64,000 bases of DNA. Origin: Bilabrum cf. latius (Eukaryota). A program made the position numbers and the translations under genes. The notes beneath the pieces were generated by a model that was not told the DNA's origin, made no database searches, and saw only the letters and a list, made by a program, of their open reading frames with translations. Where the stretch lies: positions 186,001-250,000 of the forward strand of contig OZ237759.1 in the NCBI GenBank assembly GCA_965178125.1, given 5' to 3'. The first letter of the stretch is position 1, and each line of letters begins with the position of its first letter. This document shows positions 11,943 to 25,299 of this stretch, piece by piece.

Positions 11943-14900
11943 TCACCCCAGCGGGAAGTGACAGCCCGCGGCCTGCGAGGCATACACCCACGCTATCCCC
12001 TCACCCCCCACATTGGGGTCAGCTGCAGCGGCTGGCGCTCCCAAGGCCCCGCCCACACCCCTAGGTCTACCAAGCTGCAGGGCCCCCACCCCCACACCCG
12101 CCCGCGCCCCCAGCCCTCCATCCAACCTCCGGCCCACCGCAACACCAACACCAGCTCCAGCCCCGGCACCTGCACGCGTCCTCTGCGGTCGTGCCTTGGA
12201 AACATGTTCGCCGCCCCTGCGAGCCCCGCCCCCCACGTTGGGGTCAAACGCCTCGATCCCCTCGATGAGGAACCGCGACACGAGCCTCCTGCGGCCGTGC
12301 GCCGCCCTCTGCTTCCAGCTCTGCATGCACCGCCGCAGGAGTGACAGCCTCGAAGACCGCTGCACCTTGGCCTCCAGCAACAGGGCTCTCTTGGCAGCCA
12401 GCTCCCTCTCCCTCCAGCTGCGAATGCCCGCCTGCACCCCAGCGAACTCCTGCGCAGTGAGGGCGAGGGTGCCCCTCGCGCCCCTGCCGCGCACTGCAAG
12501 CACACTGCCAGCCGCTGACCGTCCAGGGAACAAACCCCCTGAGCCGCTCCTGTCGCCCCCCAAGCCCAGGCTTACCCCGGAGTCCACCGTGCCCCCGTTC
12601 ATGCCCCCGATTCCTTCGGCCAAGGTCCATCCCCCCGTCCTGGTGCTCAGGCTAGAGGCCCTGGCCCCTGGGGCTAGCGGCCTCCTGGCTCGACCATCGA
12701 TGGCGTCGCCCACCTGAGCAGACCGGGGGCGGGGAGCCAGGGGGTCTCGTCCTCTGCCCCTCGGAGCGGATCGGCTGCGCTGGCTAGGCCCTCCCTGGCT
12801 TGGCCCTCGCTGGCTAGGCCCTCGCTGGCTAGACCATCGCGCGGCAGATGCCCTTCTTTGCCGGACCCTGGCTTCATGCACCGTCGCGGACGAGCCGCGA
12901 GCGAACAGGTTCGATCCAGTTTCTGTGCCATCCATGCCCCCGTCCTTGCCAACCTGCTCGATGCCCACGCCCACGGTCACTGTCACGGGCAAGGGCCGGA
13001 ACTCGAAGGAGGGTCCGCCTCGGTGCACGCGACGGGCCGCATCCACAGCAGGAGAACCTCGCCCCGCATCATCGTGCAGTGCACCCAGGGCCCTTACACG
13101 GCCCCCGATCGAGGACTCCCACGGCGCTGCCTCCTTCACATGCCCCTGCACAGCCGCCCCCCTGGCCGTCGTGGATCCACCGGTCTGTCCTCGGGCCATC
13201 GCAGCAGCGTCGTCCACCGAGTGCAGTCCGATCTCATCCTCCTGCTGCATGCCCCCATAGGCCCCCGCCAGCGCTCTGACGGCAGCAGCGGCACGAGAGG
13301 TCTCATCCGCCCTGCGCATCGCTCTCTCAACCGCCTCGCGGCGCGCCCGCTGGCCCTCGCCCTCGGCAGCACCGTCCACCTCTCCTCTCACTGTGTGCTA
13401 CATGCGAGCCAAGCCCCGCCGCAGCCTGGCTCCCCGCCCCTGCAGATGCTGGGCCGCGTCATCGCGCGAGTCCGTCTCCCCGCGAATCGTCGTGCGCCCG
13501 CTGGACAGCTGCCGCCGCCGAAACTCAACGGCTAGTTGCTACCTCCTTCTCTGCAGAGCCTCAATCTCGGCCACTGCGCGCCAAGTGCGCAGAGGCCCGA
13601 GGCAGCGCCTCCTGCGGGCCATGCGGCGAGCCCTGTGAAGCAGCACCCAGGCACGGAGCACATGCCGCCCCATTCGGGTCTCCCCTCGCTGCACCGCATG
13701 CTCTTCCACGGATTTTCTGCGGTCAGCAGCCTGTGACGCGGCCTATTTCCAAGCTCGGAATGCGGATCTGCAAGTGCGCAGTGCATCCCAAGCGGCTGCG
13801 GCCTGCTCCGCGAGGTCAGGGGCAGGGGCAGGACCGGGAGCAAGACCGGAGCTGCGACTCCCTTGGTCGTCCGGCTCCGTGCCTGGGCCATACCTGCCGG
13901 GATCGGGACCGCTGGTGCTCCCCCACGGATTGTGCTCGATGCTACCACTAGTAGGAGCAAAGCCCCGCGGGTCTGTGCCCTCGCCCGGCTCTCCATAGCC
14001 CCGTTGACCGTGCTGGGCAGAGGTCTTGCCCGCATCGCCAACATCGCCTGCATCGCCGCCGCTCTCCTCAACCCAGCTGCCCGGCCGAGTCGGGGGTGCA
14101 CTCCCTCTGCCGCTCTTTCCGCCGGCAAATCGGGAGCCGCGGCTGGCTGCATGCCCTGCACCTGGTCGTGCTTCGTCACCCGGGGCAGCTGGGAACTAAC
14201 CGCTGCTGCCGCTGCCGCTGCTGTCGCCCACCCCTCCTTGAGTCAGTGCTCTTCGCATCGGGGCCGCCACTCCGCTGTGCCCAGCTCTCGAGCGGATGGA
14301 ACCAGTCCCTTTGGCACCGGGTCTCAGTGCGGCCGTCACGCCACCCGCCGATATGACCGACACGGACTCGATGGAAACAGCGGACCGGTTGCTGTCACCG
14401 ACACCCCCGTGCCTCGACCGAGACCGCATCGAACCGCCAGAGAGAGACACGTTCAGCTCCGACTCGGCCTCTTCATCGATGGACTGCAGCCGCGACCGGA
14501 AGCTCCGTGCCGCACGCTGCCTGCCTGACCACTGCATATGCGCCACGCTGCCCCTGGCGCTGCCCATGGATCGAGCCGAGGCTGAGTGGCCTTTGCGCGC
14601 GCCCCACCCCAGACTTGCTGCTCCCACCTCACGGCTTGTCCCACTATGCTCTTCATGTCCAGATCCACTCTCTGGTGCTTTTCCAAACTGGCCATGACCC
14701 GGCCCGCCCTCATCCGACATTCCGGTGCTGGATCGCGGGCGCCCCCTCCACGCACCTAGCCCCGCGGTCTAGTGTCCGAACCCAGACGCACTGCTCCCAC
14801 CCATCTCCATATCTATCGTGGCACTGCTCGGTGCCCTTCCGAGCGGATTTCCAGGAGATGCACCCAGCCGGAAGCTCATACCGCTGCTGGCACGAATCAT

Positions 14901-17900
14901 GCGGCCCCGCACAAGAGCAGACTGGGGTACTGCAGCAGCAGCAGCGGCAGTGCCAGCTGCGCCCGCGCTGCTACCCGCCGTCGACCGGAAGCTGTGCCTC
15001 CCCACCCGCGCACCGCCACCCATGCGCCCCATGCTCCTGCCCCCCATGCTGCGTGCATGCAGCGGAGGCCTGCTGGCACCATGCCCGCGAGGAGGCCCAC
15101 GCATGCTCTTGGCTCCATGGACTAGCACCCCGGCTGCATTCTGGCGTGTGCTGCTGGCACGCTCTCTTTGTCCTCGCCCTCCCATGGACTCCGCCGAGCT
15201 ACCCTCGCTCCCCGACTCTTCGACCACCTCCAGCTCGTCCACCCAGGGCCCGAGCGACGTAGCCCCCGAGCCTTGGGATCCAGCTCCAGGGCCCGCAAAA
15301 CTGACCGACCTCGCCGCGTGAAATCCGCTCCGAATCCGCTGTAGGGCTCCTATGAGCGTGGCAGCTGAGGGCATGCGCCGGATGCCGGGGCCTGCCGATC
15401 CCGGTCCCGACCTGGACCCCGACCCGGCCCCTTCCTGCATGGCTCGTCCTTCGTTTTCCTTCCCGCCATCCGGCACATCCTCTACGCCGCTGCCCCCGCT
15501 CCCGCCCCCGATGGATCCCATCACCCGGCGACACGCCTCCATCCCCACGGCCGTGCGGCGCTCCCACTCCGACGAGGCTCCGTCCGCCGCGGCGGCAAAC
15601 CACGCCCGGAGCACCTTCCGGAGCTTGGCATGCCGACCTCCCCTTCGCACCGCTGCGTGCCGCTGCAGCGCATGCAGAGCTCTGAGCATCGGACGCTCCT
15701 CCCCAAAGTGACGCCGGAACAGCTCGATCTTGGCCTGCCTCTGCCTTGTCCTCACCGCCCACACCCGCAGAGCCCTCGCCGCTCGCCCCCTGCGCCTCGC
15801 CTCTCCCACCTTGCGAGTCGCTACGGCTAGTCTCCAGTCCCGCACGGCCCCGAGCAATGCCCACGCCCTGTGGTAGGCCCCTGCAGTCTCCTCCAGCGCA
15901 CTTGCCCTCCCCCTCTCGCGCTCCTCCGCCGCCCATCTCCGCCACCGCGACAGCACTGCATGCGCCAACTCCACCGATCGATCCGCCGCTCGCCCCTGCT
16001 CCTCGAGCCAAAGCCTCGACCTACCCGCCCACCCTTCCAGCACCCGTTTCAGCAGCAACCGCTTCCGAAGCTTGGATCGCCAGGCCGCCACGCACTGCCC
16101 CGCGACCCTGCCCTTGCCGATCGTAAATGCCGCCTCGCCCGCCCGACGGAGCGCGATCGTGCGCTGCACACGCTGCCTCCACCGTGCCACAGCGGCCGCC
16201 GCCCTCGCTGCACCCGACTACTGCCCCACGGCTTCTCGCAGCTGACGAGTGGCCGCCCTCCCAGCGGCCCATTCCTTCCATCGCCTCACAGCGGGCTTGC
16301 AGTGGTGCTTGGTGAACACCCGCCTGGCCCTGGCCCATGCTGCCCTCCTGTACCCCTCGGCGTTCACGCGCATGCGTCGCAGCGCCCAGACTCCCAGCAA
16401 CATGTGCCTCGTGTGTTCCCTGGCTGCACGCACGGCTGTCCTGATCCTCCTCTTGTACCACCGCAGAAGGGAGAACGACCGCCGCAGCGCCACCAGTCGG
16501 TTCGTGCGGCCCATGCGACGGGCCAGCCGACGCACCTCCACGACCTGTCGCAGACCCTTGAAGGCTCGCTGCGAGGCGTCTCGCTCTTCGGCCGCCCTGG
16601 CTAGCACTGCAATGGGATGCAGCTAGTCAATGGCGCACACCTGCCTCAGTCTCCGCACCAGTGCGGCTCTCTCTCCCGACACTGGGCCCATGGTCTGTGT
16701 GAGGCCGAGCAGGGAGGCCCAGTCACGCGACTCACCCGGAGGATGCTGGATAGAGACATGCGACTCGTTGGCATCTAAATCCCTATCCTCAACCATGCCA
16801 GCCTCCACTTCTCCGCCTCCGATTCCGGCGGAGAGCACCACCCGCGCCTGCTCCCTCCACGCTGCCTCCACGGCCCGCCCGCCTGCAAGCATGGCTGCCC
16901 CCATTCGACCAAGGGGAAAACCACCCCCAAAGCGGTGGACTCGCACCACAGCGGGAAGCTAAGGAACACATGTACCGCGCTCATCTCCAGACCAGGACAC
17001 ACTGCTGCCACCAACCTCCACATCATGCCCCTCCAACACCCTGAGCACCCTTGCCGCTGCCCCCTGCAGCGAGCCCCCCGCCACGTTCTAGCCCCACGTG
17101 TCGAAGCCCATGGCGCCTGGCGATGCATCTTCCAATCTAGCTCCCCGCTGCCTGGTGGCTTCCATCCCTTGCACCACTGCCTCGAGGCCGAAGCACTCCA
17201 CCAGAACTCTGTGCCACCTGGGGTGCACCCCCCGCACGAGTCCCCACCGCCGGGCCCTGGTACCCCGCACCCGTCCCGACAGCCAGAAGGACCGCCACCG
17301 AGACACCCCGGTGCCGCCCGCAGGACCCGCTGCATAGTCCTCGGGCAGACCCAGCGCGGCTCTCACGCACCGCCGCCCGCGCAGGGATGGAGGGGGAGCG
17401 CCCGTCTGCAAGAGGCCCGTGTCACTGCCTGACGCCTGCAAGCTGCGGGCTCTGCCCGTAGGGTCCCGCCGCGGTGCTGCCGCTACGGCCCACTGCATCC
17501 ATAGCGTGGTGCTTCGTTCCTCTTCCTCGTCTTTGTCTCCGGTGAGAGTGGCAGCGGCTGCGCACATCTGCCGCAGTCGTGCATCGAACCATGGCCCAGC
17601 GGTAGCGAGTGCAGCCCGGGCCCCGCGCTGTGCTCTGTCCTGCGCGTGCCCCACGGCGTGCTGCCGGGGCACGTATGGGGTCAACCCCATGCTCAGCCGC
17701 GCACGCAGCGCAGCCTGCCGTTGCGACCAGTCCAGAGACACGTCGAGCGCAGCCGTCACGGTGCTCATCAGCCGCCCGGCGACTCCCGCGCCCTTGAGGG
17801 CCCACAGTGACCTCTCGCCCCGGGCGAGCAGCTGATGCGCCTGCCGCACCAAGTCCGCGCACTCGGCGCGCAAGCCAGTGTGTCGGAGAGATAGGCATGC

Positions 17901-20900
17901 TGAGTGAGAGTGGGGCGCACGGGGCATGCGTTTTCGCCGTCCCATGGCCCTGCCGGCATGCTTGTCCAGTGTGGAGAACAGGGACACCATCTCGCCCTCG
18001 CTCTGCGTGCTGCCGCGGGTGCGAGTGACGAGCCGTGGTTCTGCTGCATCCTCCGCCTGCTGGCTATCTGTTGCTTCTGCTCCTGAAGACATGCCGAGCT
18101 CCACCTCCGAGCCTGCCGCCGTTGCTGCATCATCTGAAGAGGATGCTCCCTTGCCGACATCCGTGCCTGCCCCCCCTTCCGCTCCATGCTCCTCACTACC
18201 CAGGCCCACAGAGCCCCCGAGCGCCTCGCTCGGGTCAGACAGTTGCGCTACAAGCACCGGTGGAGACCTGCTTGAGGTCGGGCCAACCCGCCTGCCTAGC
18301 CGAGCCGCGATCATCCCGCTTCGTGCGGCTGCTGCCTTCCATCCCATGAAGCACCTGGCTCTCACAAACCCGTCGCGCCACATGGTGGCGGACCTGCAGG
18401 CGACTCGAGCAGCCTTGCGAGCCAGCAGCACCGCCCTGAGGCCCCGCAGCGCGCGTCCGAGCACTAGCCTCCGCCCCGATACCGCCGCCAGCATCTCGTA
18501 CCTCTGCGCCCGGCGTGAGGCCATGCTGTCCTGGTGCCAGGCGCGGACTACCATGCCCGCGAGAGACACGATTGCGGCTGCCTGCAGCTGGTTGGCTGCC
18601 GCCACTTTCGCGCGACGCACCACAACGCCGTGCGCCATCACGCACATCGCCGCTGCCTGGGTCAAGGCCGACCGCAGCCGACTGGCAGCCACAGCGCCCC
18701 GCAGTGCGATGCACCTGACCTGCGCCTCCCCAGCCAGCGCAAACAAACAGGCCCTCTGCCTGCACGCGGCATCGAGAGAGGCCAGCATCGCCGCCCGGAA
18801 CCGTGTGCCCTGCCACACGGCCACAGGCCCAGCATGACGAGCCGCAGCAGCGATGCCGTCTGCGCCTTCGCCGCTCGAGCAAGGGAGCGCAGCTGCTGCC
18901 ACCTCGGCCTGCTGCTGCCTCGCGGACGCTGCCATTCGATCGGAATCATGCCTCACACGGGCCCTGGCTGCATCTGCAATGGCAAATTTAACGTGAGTGG
19001 ACATGGGTGGGACCTAATTGCCCGCACCGTGTTGGTCACGCAACGAGGAGAGGACCGCCTGGGGAGCGCGGGCTCGACCAGCGAGAAAAGGCGACCCGAG
19101 CCCTTGTGGCGGTTTGCTGGAGCCGCTCTGCAGGTCGCTACCAGTGCCAGCGCCCCAGCTCCGCATGTGCGCGGCCACGGGGGCCAACGCCACCTGGACC
19201 GCATCGGGTGGGCTGGACCACGCGGCGGAAGGCAGCGCCTGGCCGTACCCAGCGATGGCATCGCCCCAGGGAGAGGCGGGTGCAGCTGCCCCTGCATGCA
19301 TGAGCGGCTGTGAAGCATCCCTCTTGGCAGCATCCAGCACCTCTTGCTCCCTGCCGTCGTGCGGTGCAACCGTACGAGCCTACGCAATAGAACTGTCCTC
19401 GGGTGGATCCAATGCCTGGGTCTGCGCACGTAGGCTGCGGAACAGCCGGCCCAGGGCATCCCCAGAGACAGGCCCTTGGGCACCATTGGGGCTAGCGGAG
19501 CCGTCCTCAATCCTACCACCACCTGCGCCAGGCGGCCCATCGCCGTCAGCCGGCAGATCCGACCCGCCTGCATGCCCGGTTCCGTGCCCCTGTGCCTGCA
19601 AGCGCCGTTCCTGCGCCGCTGCCACCCTCGCCACCCTCGATTGCTCCCTGCGCAAGGCGGCTTTGGCCTACTAGCCCCGCCTCCAGGCAGCTAGTGCAGA
19701 CCGACGGGCACCCATCCGGACCACCCGAGCGGCATCCCTCATCCAATGCAGCGCAGCTCCTCTAGCGTGTCGGCGGATAGCAGCGACAGCCACGATGCGG
19801 ACAGCCGACGCGAACGCGCCTGGATTCGGCAGCTACAATCTGGTTGAGGTAGCACCGACATGGGTGCTCACTGCAAGCACCACAGCATGGAAGGCGTATG
19901 CCAAGCCCGCCGCGCAGCGCTGCTGCCACCAGACCGTGCACGGGTTGACATCCGACGCGGGATGAAAAGTGGATTCGGTTGACAGCAGGTGCGCCCACGC
20001 TCGATCCACGGTGTCGCAGCATTGCTGGTGTTGTCGTGACGAAGGCCGTCTGTCCGGACCCCCAGGAGCCACGACGCCCCTACAGCGCAGCCTCTTTGCC
20101 AGCCAAGCTTCCAGCTGTGCCCTGCCATCGTGCGCTCGCAGCAGCGAGCGAATACTTGGCGACGAGGCAGCGCGCCGAACCACATCACTGAACGACCCGC
20201 GAGCCGGTAGGATGGGCTCGCTGGGACTTATAGCCATATCCTGTGCACCGGTGGCGGATGCTACCGCCTTCGCGAGAAGCCTGTTGCACGCCGATGCGCA
20301 CCGGCGGGAGGACAGCTGACTCAAGTGCGGGATAGCCTCGAGCAAGTCAGAAGCGGTGACGGCTGAAGTGGTCCGTAGTGCGCTAGAGAGCGTCGTGTAG
20401 GGTTGATCTCCCGCCTGTGTCGCCCTCAGCATCCTGGACGCAGCAGTGCTCTCCTCCCTGGACGGAGTGCAGGCCTCGAGCACTGCTTCACTCGACGAGG
20501 GCAGGCCCCGGCTCAGGCCAGCGCACAGCTCTCTCCGCCCGTGTGCGCGGGTCTCTCCACCCTGGCCAAGCAGCGCGGGCAGAGCCACTGGCCGCCCGGA
20601 GGTGTGCCGACGAGGTCTTGAGGGCTGGCTGGTCACAGTCCCTAGTCTGTGGGCATTCCTGGCCAGTAGGCTAGCGGGATGTCCTGCTGCGGATCGCTAC
20701 GAGGGTGGCACCGGTGCAGCAGGTCTCTCCGCTTGAGCCCGTGCCCAGCCATCTCGAGTGCTGCCGCGCGGCCATGACTTCCTCCTTCCCTTCCCTCGTG
20801 GGCGGCTGCTACCCGCACCCGCGCCCTGCAGCCGCTCCCCATCGCTGGATGTAGGTGCCAACAAAGACCGGCGAGTACCCCAGCTCGCGCCTTCATTTCC

Positions 20901-22259
20901 ACCGTGCGTAGGTCTCTCCGACAGACTAGCACGCCGAGCATGGCTCGGGCCGCTCATACCCCCTGGAAGGTCCACCCCCTCCACTCCGCTGTGCCCCTCC
21001 TATCCAAGAGTGTTGGCGGCATCTTGTCGGCCGGATGAAGCGATTTCCCCCCTCCTTCGATTGCTGCCCTGCCTTCGAGTGCTGGCACCGACAGATCTAG
21101 ATCTCCGCCCGAAATCACGCCCACTTGCCCCTGCAGCGCTCCACCTTGCATCTGCTGCTCCGCGACCTGCTTTCCTCTTGCCCGCGCGAGCGCCTTTGCC
21201 CTATCCTGTACGTGTGCCCTTGTCAGCGCCACCACAGCCACTGGCCTGACCACCCTTTGCCCGATCCATTTCGGACACACCTACCTGCATCCCCAGTGCA
21301 GTGCACCTGGCCTCCCACCCCGCCCTCCTGCGGCCGGCTGCTCGGCTGATCCGGGCGACGTATCCTGCCGGCAGCCTGCTGTCGTCAGCAGTTGCACTCG
21401 GGCCCTCTGCTTCTCCTTCTCCTTCTCCTTCTCCTCGAGCCTGGCCCACGCCTGGACCATGTTCGCTCTCAGCTGCACCCTCAGTTCCACCACTGCTGCT
21501 GCCAGCCCCGCTTCCTCTAGTCCCTGGTAGAGGCAGCCACGCGGCCCATGCTCGCCTGGCACTCCGCGGACTGCCTGCCCTGCCTTGGGCCATCCCCGGC
21601 TGGCGCTGCATCGAGTGGCGGCGCAAGCCCTCTGGTCCACTTGAATCCAATGAATCTGCGAGCCGACGCATCGGTTTGGACGGCTCAGCCACCGGGTAAT
21701 CAGGAGCGGCAGAAGGACCCCAGGGGGCTGGCTTGCCTTGACTGGGTTGAGCTTGCTGTGGCAGGGTACCCTTCCATCGGAGTCTCTGCGCCTGCTCGCC
21801 CGTAGGGGCATGAAGTGGGGCGTGCCGCCGACCGTCTCCAAGAGGCGTATCGAAAGCAGCATCAGCGAGCATCTGCTCCCTACGGCTCGCGGGGCGGCAT
21901 TGCGAAGTGTCTCTTGCTGGCTCGATGTGACCGGAGGGCTGCGCCAAGGCTTCAATCCCTGGCTATATGACTGATGGCGTTAGTCTACGCCAGCCAGTCG
22001 GCGGCTGCAGCGGGGTGATTGGGGATAGGACCATATCGTCGCCCCCCGCAGCAGCAGCATGCGCTCTTGTGCTTTCGCCAGCATCAGTTCGGTGAACAGA
22101 GCCCGCATCAGAGGTTCCCGAATCGCTTGGATTACTAATTTCGTTGGCATCAACGGACTAACCGTCAATACTATCCACTGATACTTCGTCGAGAAATGCC
22201 TCCAATGTTGCGCCAGTATCAGGCTATCCAAGGCCTAGAACCGGAAATCCTGCGCTCAT
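11943..22259 (-). CDS. Giant Sfi1-like (centrin-binding repeat) protein, ~3438 aa, apparently intronless
   Basis: Eleven track ORFs share one minus-strand frame. The junctions checked are TAG only (~20, including tandem TAG TAG at 19668-19673). ATG at 22259 after AAA, TGA at 11943. Many Arg-rich ..L..W repeats (CRSAFRAWK, VLRAWF, CVAAWR, CFMGWK, LRRCMQSWK). Confidence 0.7.
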
Positions 22260-22477
22260 TTTCGGCAAATGGGATATATTAACAACACTAACAATGCAAA
22301 TTATTCAACACGCGTCTACATCATTGGCCTACACGTGATGTTTCACCGCTTTTATTCGAATCGGGAGCAACGGCAAGTGAGCTGAGCTGGTTCCGGTTAT
22401 TGTAGACAACGCATTTGGGGTGTCATTAATGAGCCCCAAAGCCCCTCATTCACCCGTTGATGCAATTAAGCATGCCA

Positions 22478-25093
22478 TCAAATGGCTGAGAACTCCCCTG
22501 GAGCTGCAGCCGCACGCCCCTGCTCCCCATCCCCCTAGTCCGCCCCACCCCCCGGACCCCCGCCGTACCTGGCCGATCTTGCAGGGGCCGCCCCGCCCGC
22601 CACAGCCCCCTCCTCCTCTCCCTCCGCCAGGCGCGACCCTCCCCTCCACAGTGTCCCATCCGCCTCTACCACCGGGTCGGGCCCCTCGTCCTCTCCTCCC
22701 CCCGCAGCCCCCCCTGCGGCCACCTGCCCGGCAGCAACACCGACACCCCCCGCCCCCGGCCCAGCCCCAGCCCCAGCATACCACGGCCCGCCGGCACGTT
22801 TCGCCCTCGCTTCTCCTGCACCGGCCATGCGCAGGCCCTCCAGGATGAATGCGCCCGGGTCCTTCCCCGCCCCTTTTGCGACCTCTTTCAGCACAACGGA
22901 CACGTCCAGCTGCGTGCGCTTCTCCTTCATGAAGGTCCGCTCGAAGTGCGCTAGCAGCGCAACGCCGAAGCCAAAGACGGCGTGCCACACGGGCCCGCCC
23001 TCGGGCACGCCAGCGTCCGGCACATCCATGCCCGCCCTGATGGCTCCATTGAGCCTCCCCATCCGCAACACCTTGACGGCCTCCGCCAGCACGGCGAAGG
23101 CCGTCAGCAGCAGCGGGAAGCCCAGCCGCGCATTGGGGTCCGGGTGCAGCACCTGCCGCCTGATCCAGAGGGGGTATGCCTCCACCAGCCGCAGCACGAA
23201 GACCATTCCGGCCATTCCGTTGGACCTTAGGTCAGTGTCAGGCCCGCTGGCTCTCTGGGCGCCCACCACCTCCCAGTTCTCAGAGCCCGGGGGAAGCAGA
23301 CCTGCCGGCACCTCCTGGGTGCACTGCACGAAGGTGCTCCGCAGCACCCGCCCGTGCACTGGGTCCCCCCTCTGCAGCCGCAGCAGTCGCATGGCCAGCA
23401 CCATGTCCCGCTGTTCCTCATGCGCCTGAGACAGGGGGGGCGGGCCTCCGCCCAGGCAGCCGCACATCCCGCCCCCCTCGGGATCTGGAATCTCGCGCAC
23501 CAGCTGTCGCGAGGTATGGCGGAGGTGATCCGGCGTGGCCATGGCTCTCCATGCCTCACGCCATCCGATCGGAGCCAGCGACTGCTGCTCACCGCCAGCA
23601 GCCGCCCTGCCCGTCGTCCCGGACGCGACCACCCGGCCTGCCCTGGGCATCGCCGACGTGGCGTTGAACTCGTCCATAGCTGCCGCCGCCGCTGCACCAG
23701 CTTCGGCTCCAGCTGCAACCGCTGTCCCCGCCCCATTAGCCATAAGGGGAGACACGGTCTGGCCCGCCGCAGCAGCCGCGGTGCCGGTATTGCCCTCCTC
23801 GTCTACCACGCCCTCCACCCCCGTGTCTGTCCCTGCACTGCTGCGGGGAAGACCGCCTGCTCTATTGTTCCCTGGTATCTAGGGCGGGGGCACGATGGTC
23901 CTAGAGGTGGCGGTCGTGGCTTGGGGCTAAGCACCTGGTGCTTGCTCTGGCTCTTGCTCTTCCTCTTCTCCCTCCTTTCCGTCATTCTCCTCTTCCTCGT
24001 CCTCTTCTTCTTCCTCCTCGTCCTCGTCCTCCTCCTCTTCTTCTTCTTCTTCCAGCACTTCGCCCATTCCCCCTGCGGCGCCTGCCCCCCCCGCCCCCGC
24101 CCCCGCAGTAGAGGAGGCCCCCGCCCCCTTGGCCACTCGCTTGGCCACCTCCTGCATCGCCGCATGCGCAGCGGCTTCCTCCTTGGCCCGTGCGTCCGCC
24201 TCTGCCTTCTTCTTCCCCTGTCGCACCGCACGCAGCGCTGCCCTCCCGTCCAGCAGCGCACTCACGTCCTCCTCCTCCTCCCCCTCCCCCTCGCCCTGCT
24301 CCTCGGCGCCCACGCCGCCCTGTCCGCCAGCACCCGCTGCGCCGGCCCCGGCCTCCTCGAGCTCTTTCTGTTCTGCTTCTGCCGCGGCTTTGGCATCTGC
24401 AAGCGCCTTGGCCATCGCCTCTTTATCCTGGTCGCTGTCGCCGCCGCTCGCGGCTTGGGCCATGCGAGCTCGGGCGGCCTCAAGCTACTTCTGCAGCGCC
24501 GCGGCTTTCTCGCCCGATCCATCAGGCTCAGCTGAGGCGCTAAACCCGAATTCATCATCGTCGTTGTTTGCATCAGACGAGCCCTATTCACTTTCCCCCA
24601 GTCCCTCTGCTCTGAGCAAGGTTGAAGACGGCTTGGCTGCTCCGGCGTCGGTTGGCAACACGACCCGTTGGTACTGAATGCCAAACGGGTCCAGCTTTGC
24701 CTAGCTTTTAGTTGTTTGACCATCTTTCTACCTAGCATCCGCATCGGCGCGAGCGTTGCTGCTCGAGGGCGGCTTCGGCGGATCGGCTGCTACCGGTGGA
24801 GCGCTGGCAGCCATTGCTTCGCCGTGCTTGTCGAACACTTCCAGCTCGGCATCGTCTTCCAGAGGAGCCGACGGTTGCCTCTATTGACCGTTTTCATGTC
24901 CAGCGGGTTCGTCATCGTCGCTATCGTCTTCATCGGATATCGCCATGGAACCGACAACCGCCGGTTTCAGGGCTGCCTCGGGCTGCGCTGCACCTGGTTC
25001 GAACGGAGACGGCCCTGTCCCAGTCGCTAGACCTGACTATTTCTCCCGCTTCTCAACTTCCAAACCGAGGATATCAGCAAGTGGATTAGACAT
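22478..25093 (-). CDS. ELMO/CED-12 domain protein (ELMOD-like Arf-family GAP) with long acidic N-terminus, ~871 aa
   Basis: NWEVVGAQRASGPDTDLRSNGMAG resembles the ELMO W..IGFQ..DP.TDFRG.G motif; also GFPLLLTAF. One frame from MSNPLADILG across at least 8 TAGs (e.g. 25037, 24485, 23927, 23879, 22535) to TGA 22478. Confidence 0.72.
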
Positions 25094-25299
25094 TCCACCG
25101 CTTGATTTAGTAGCAGGTGGTCCCTGCGCAAACGTGCGCGAGACGCCAGCAAACGGATGACGAGTGGAGGGCAAATTGCACTGGCGTGTGCAGCGTAGTG
25201 TGAGCACGTGCTGTACTTTATAAACAGTGCCTGATACATGCAAGCGAACACCTGGCCAGACCACCGGCATGCCTCACCCCCACCCTCACCCTGGGTGAG

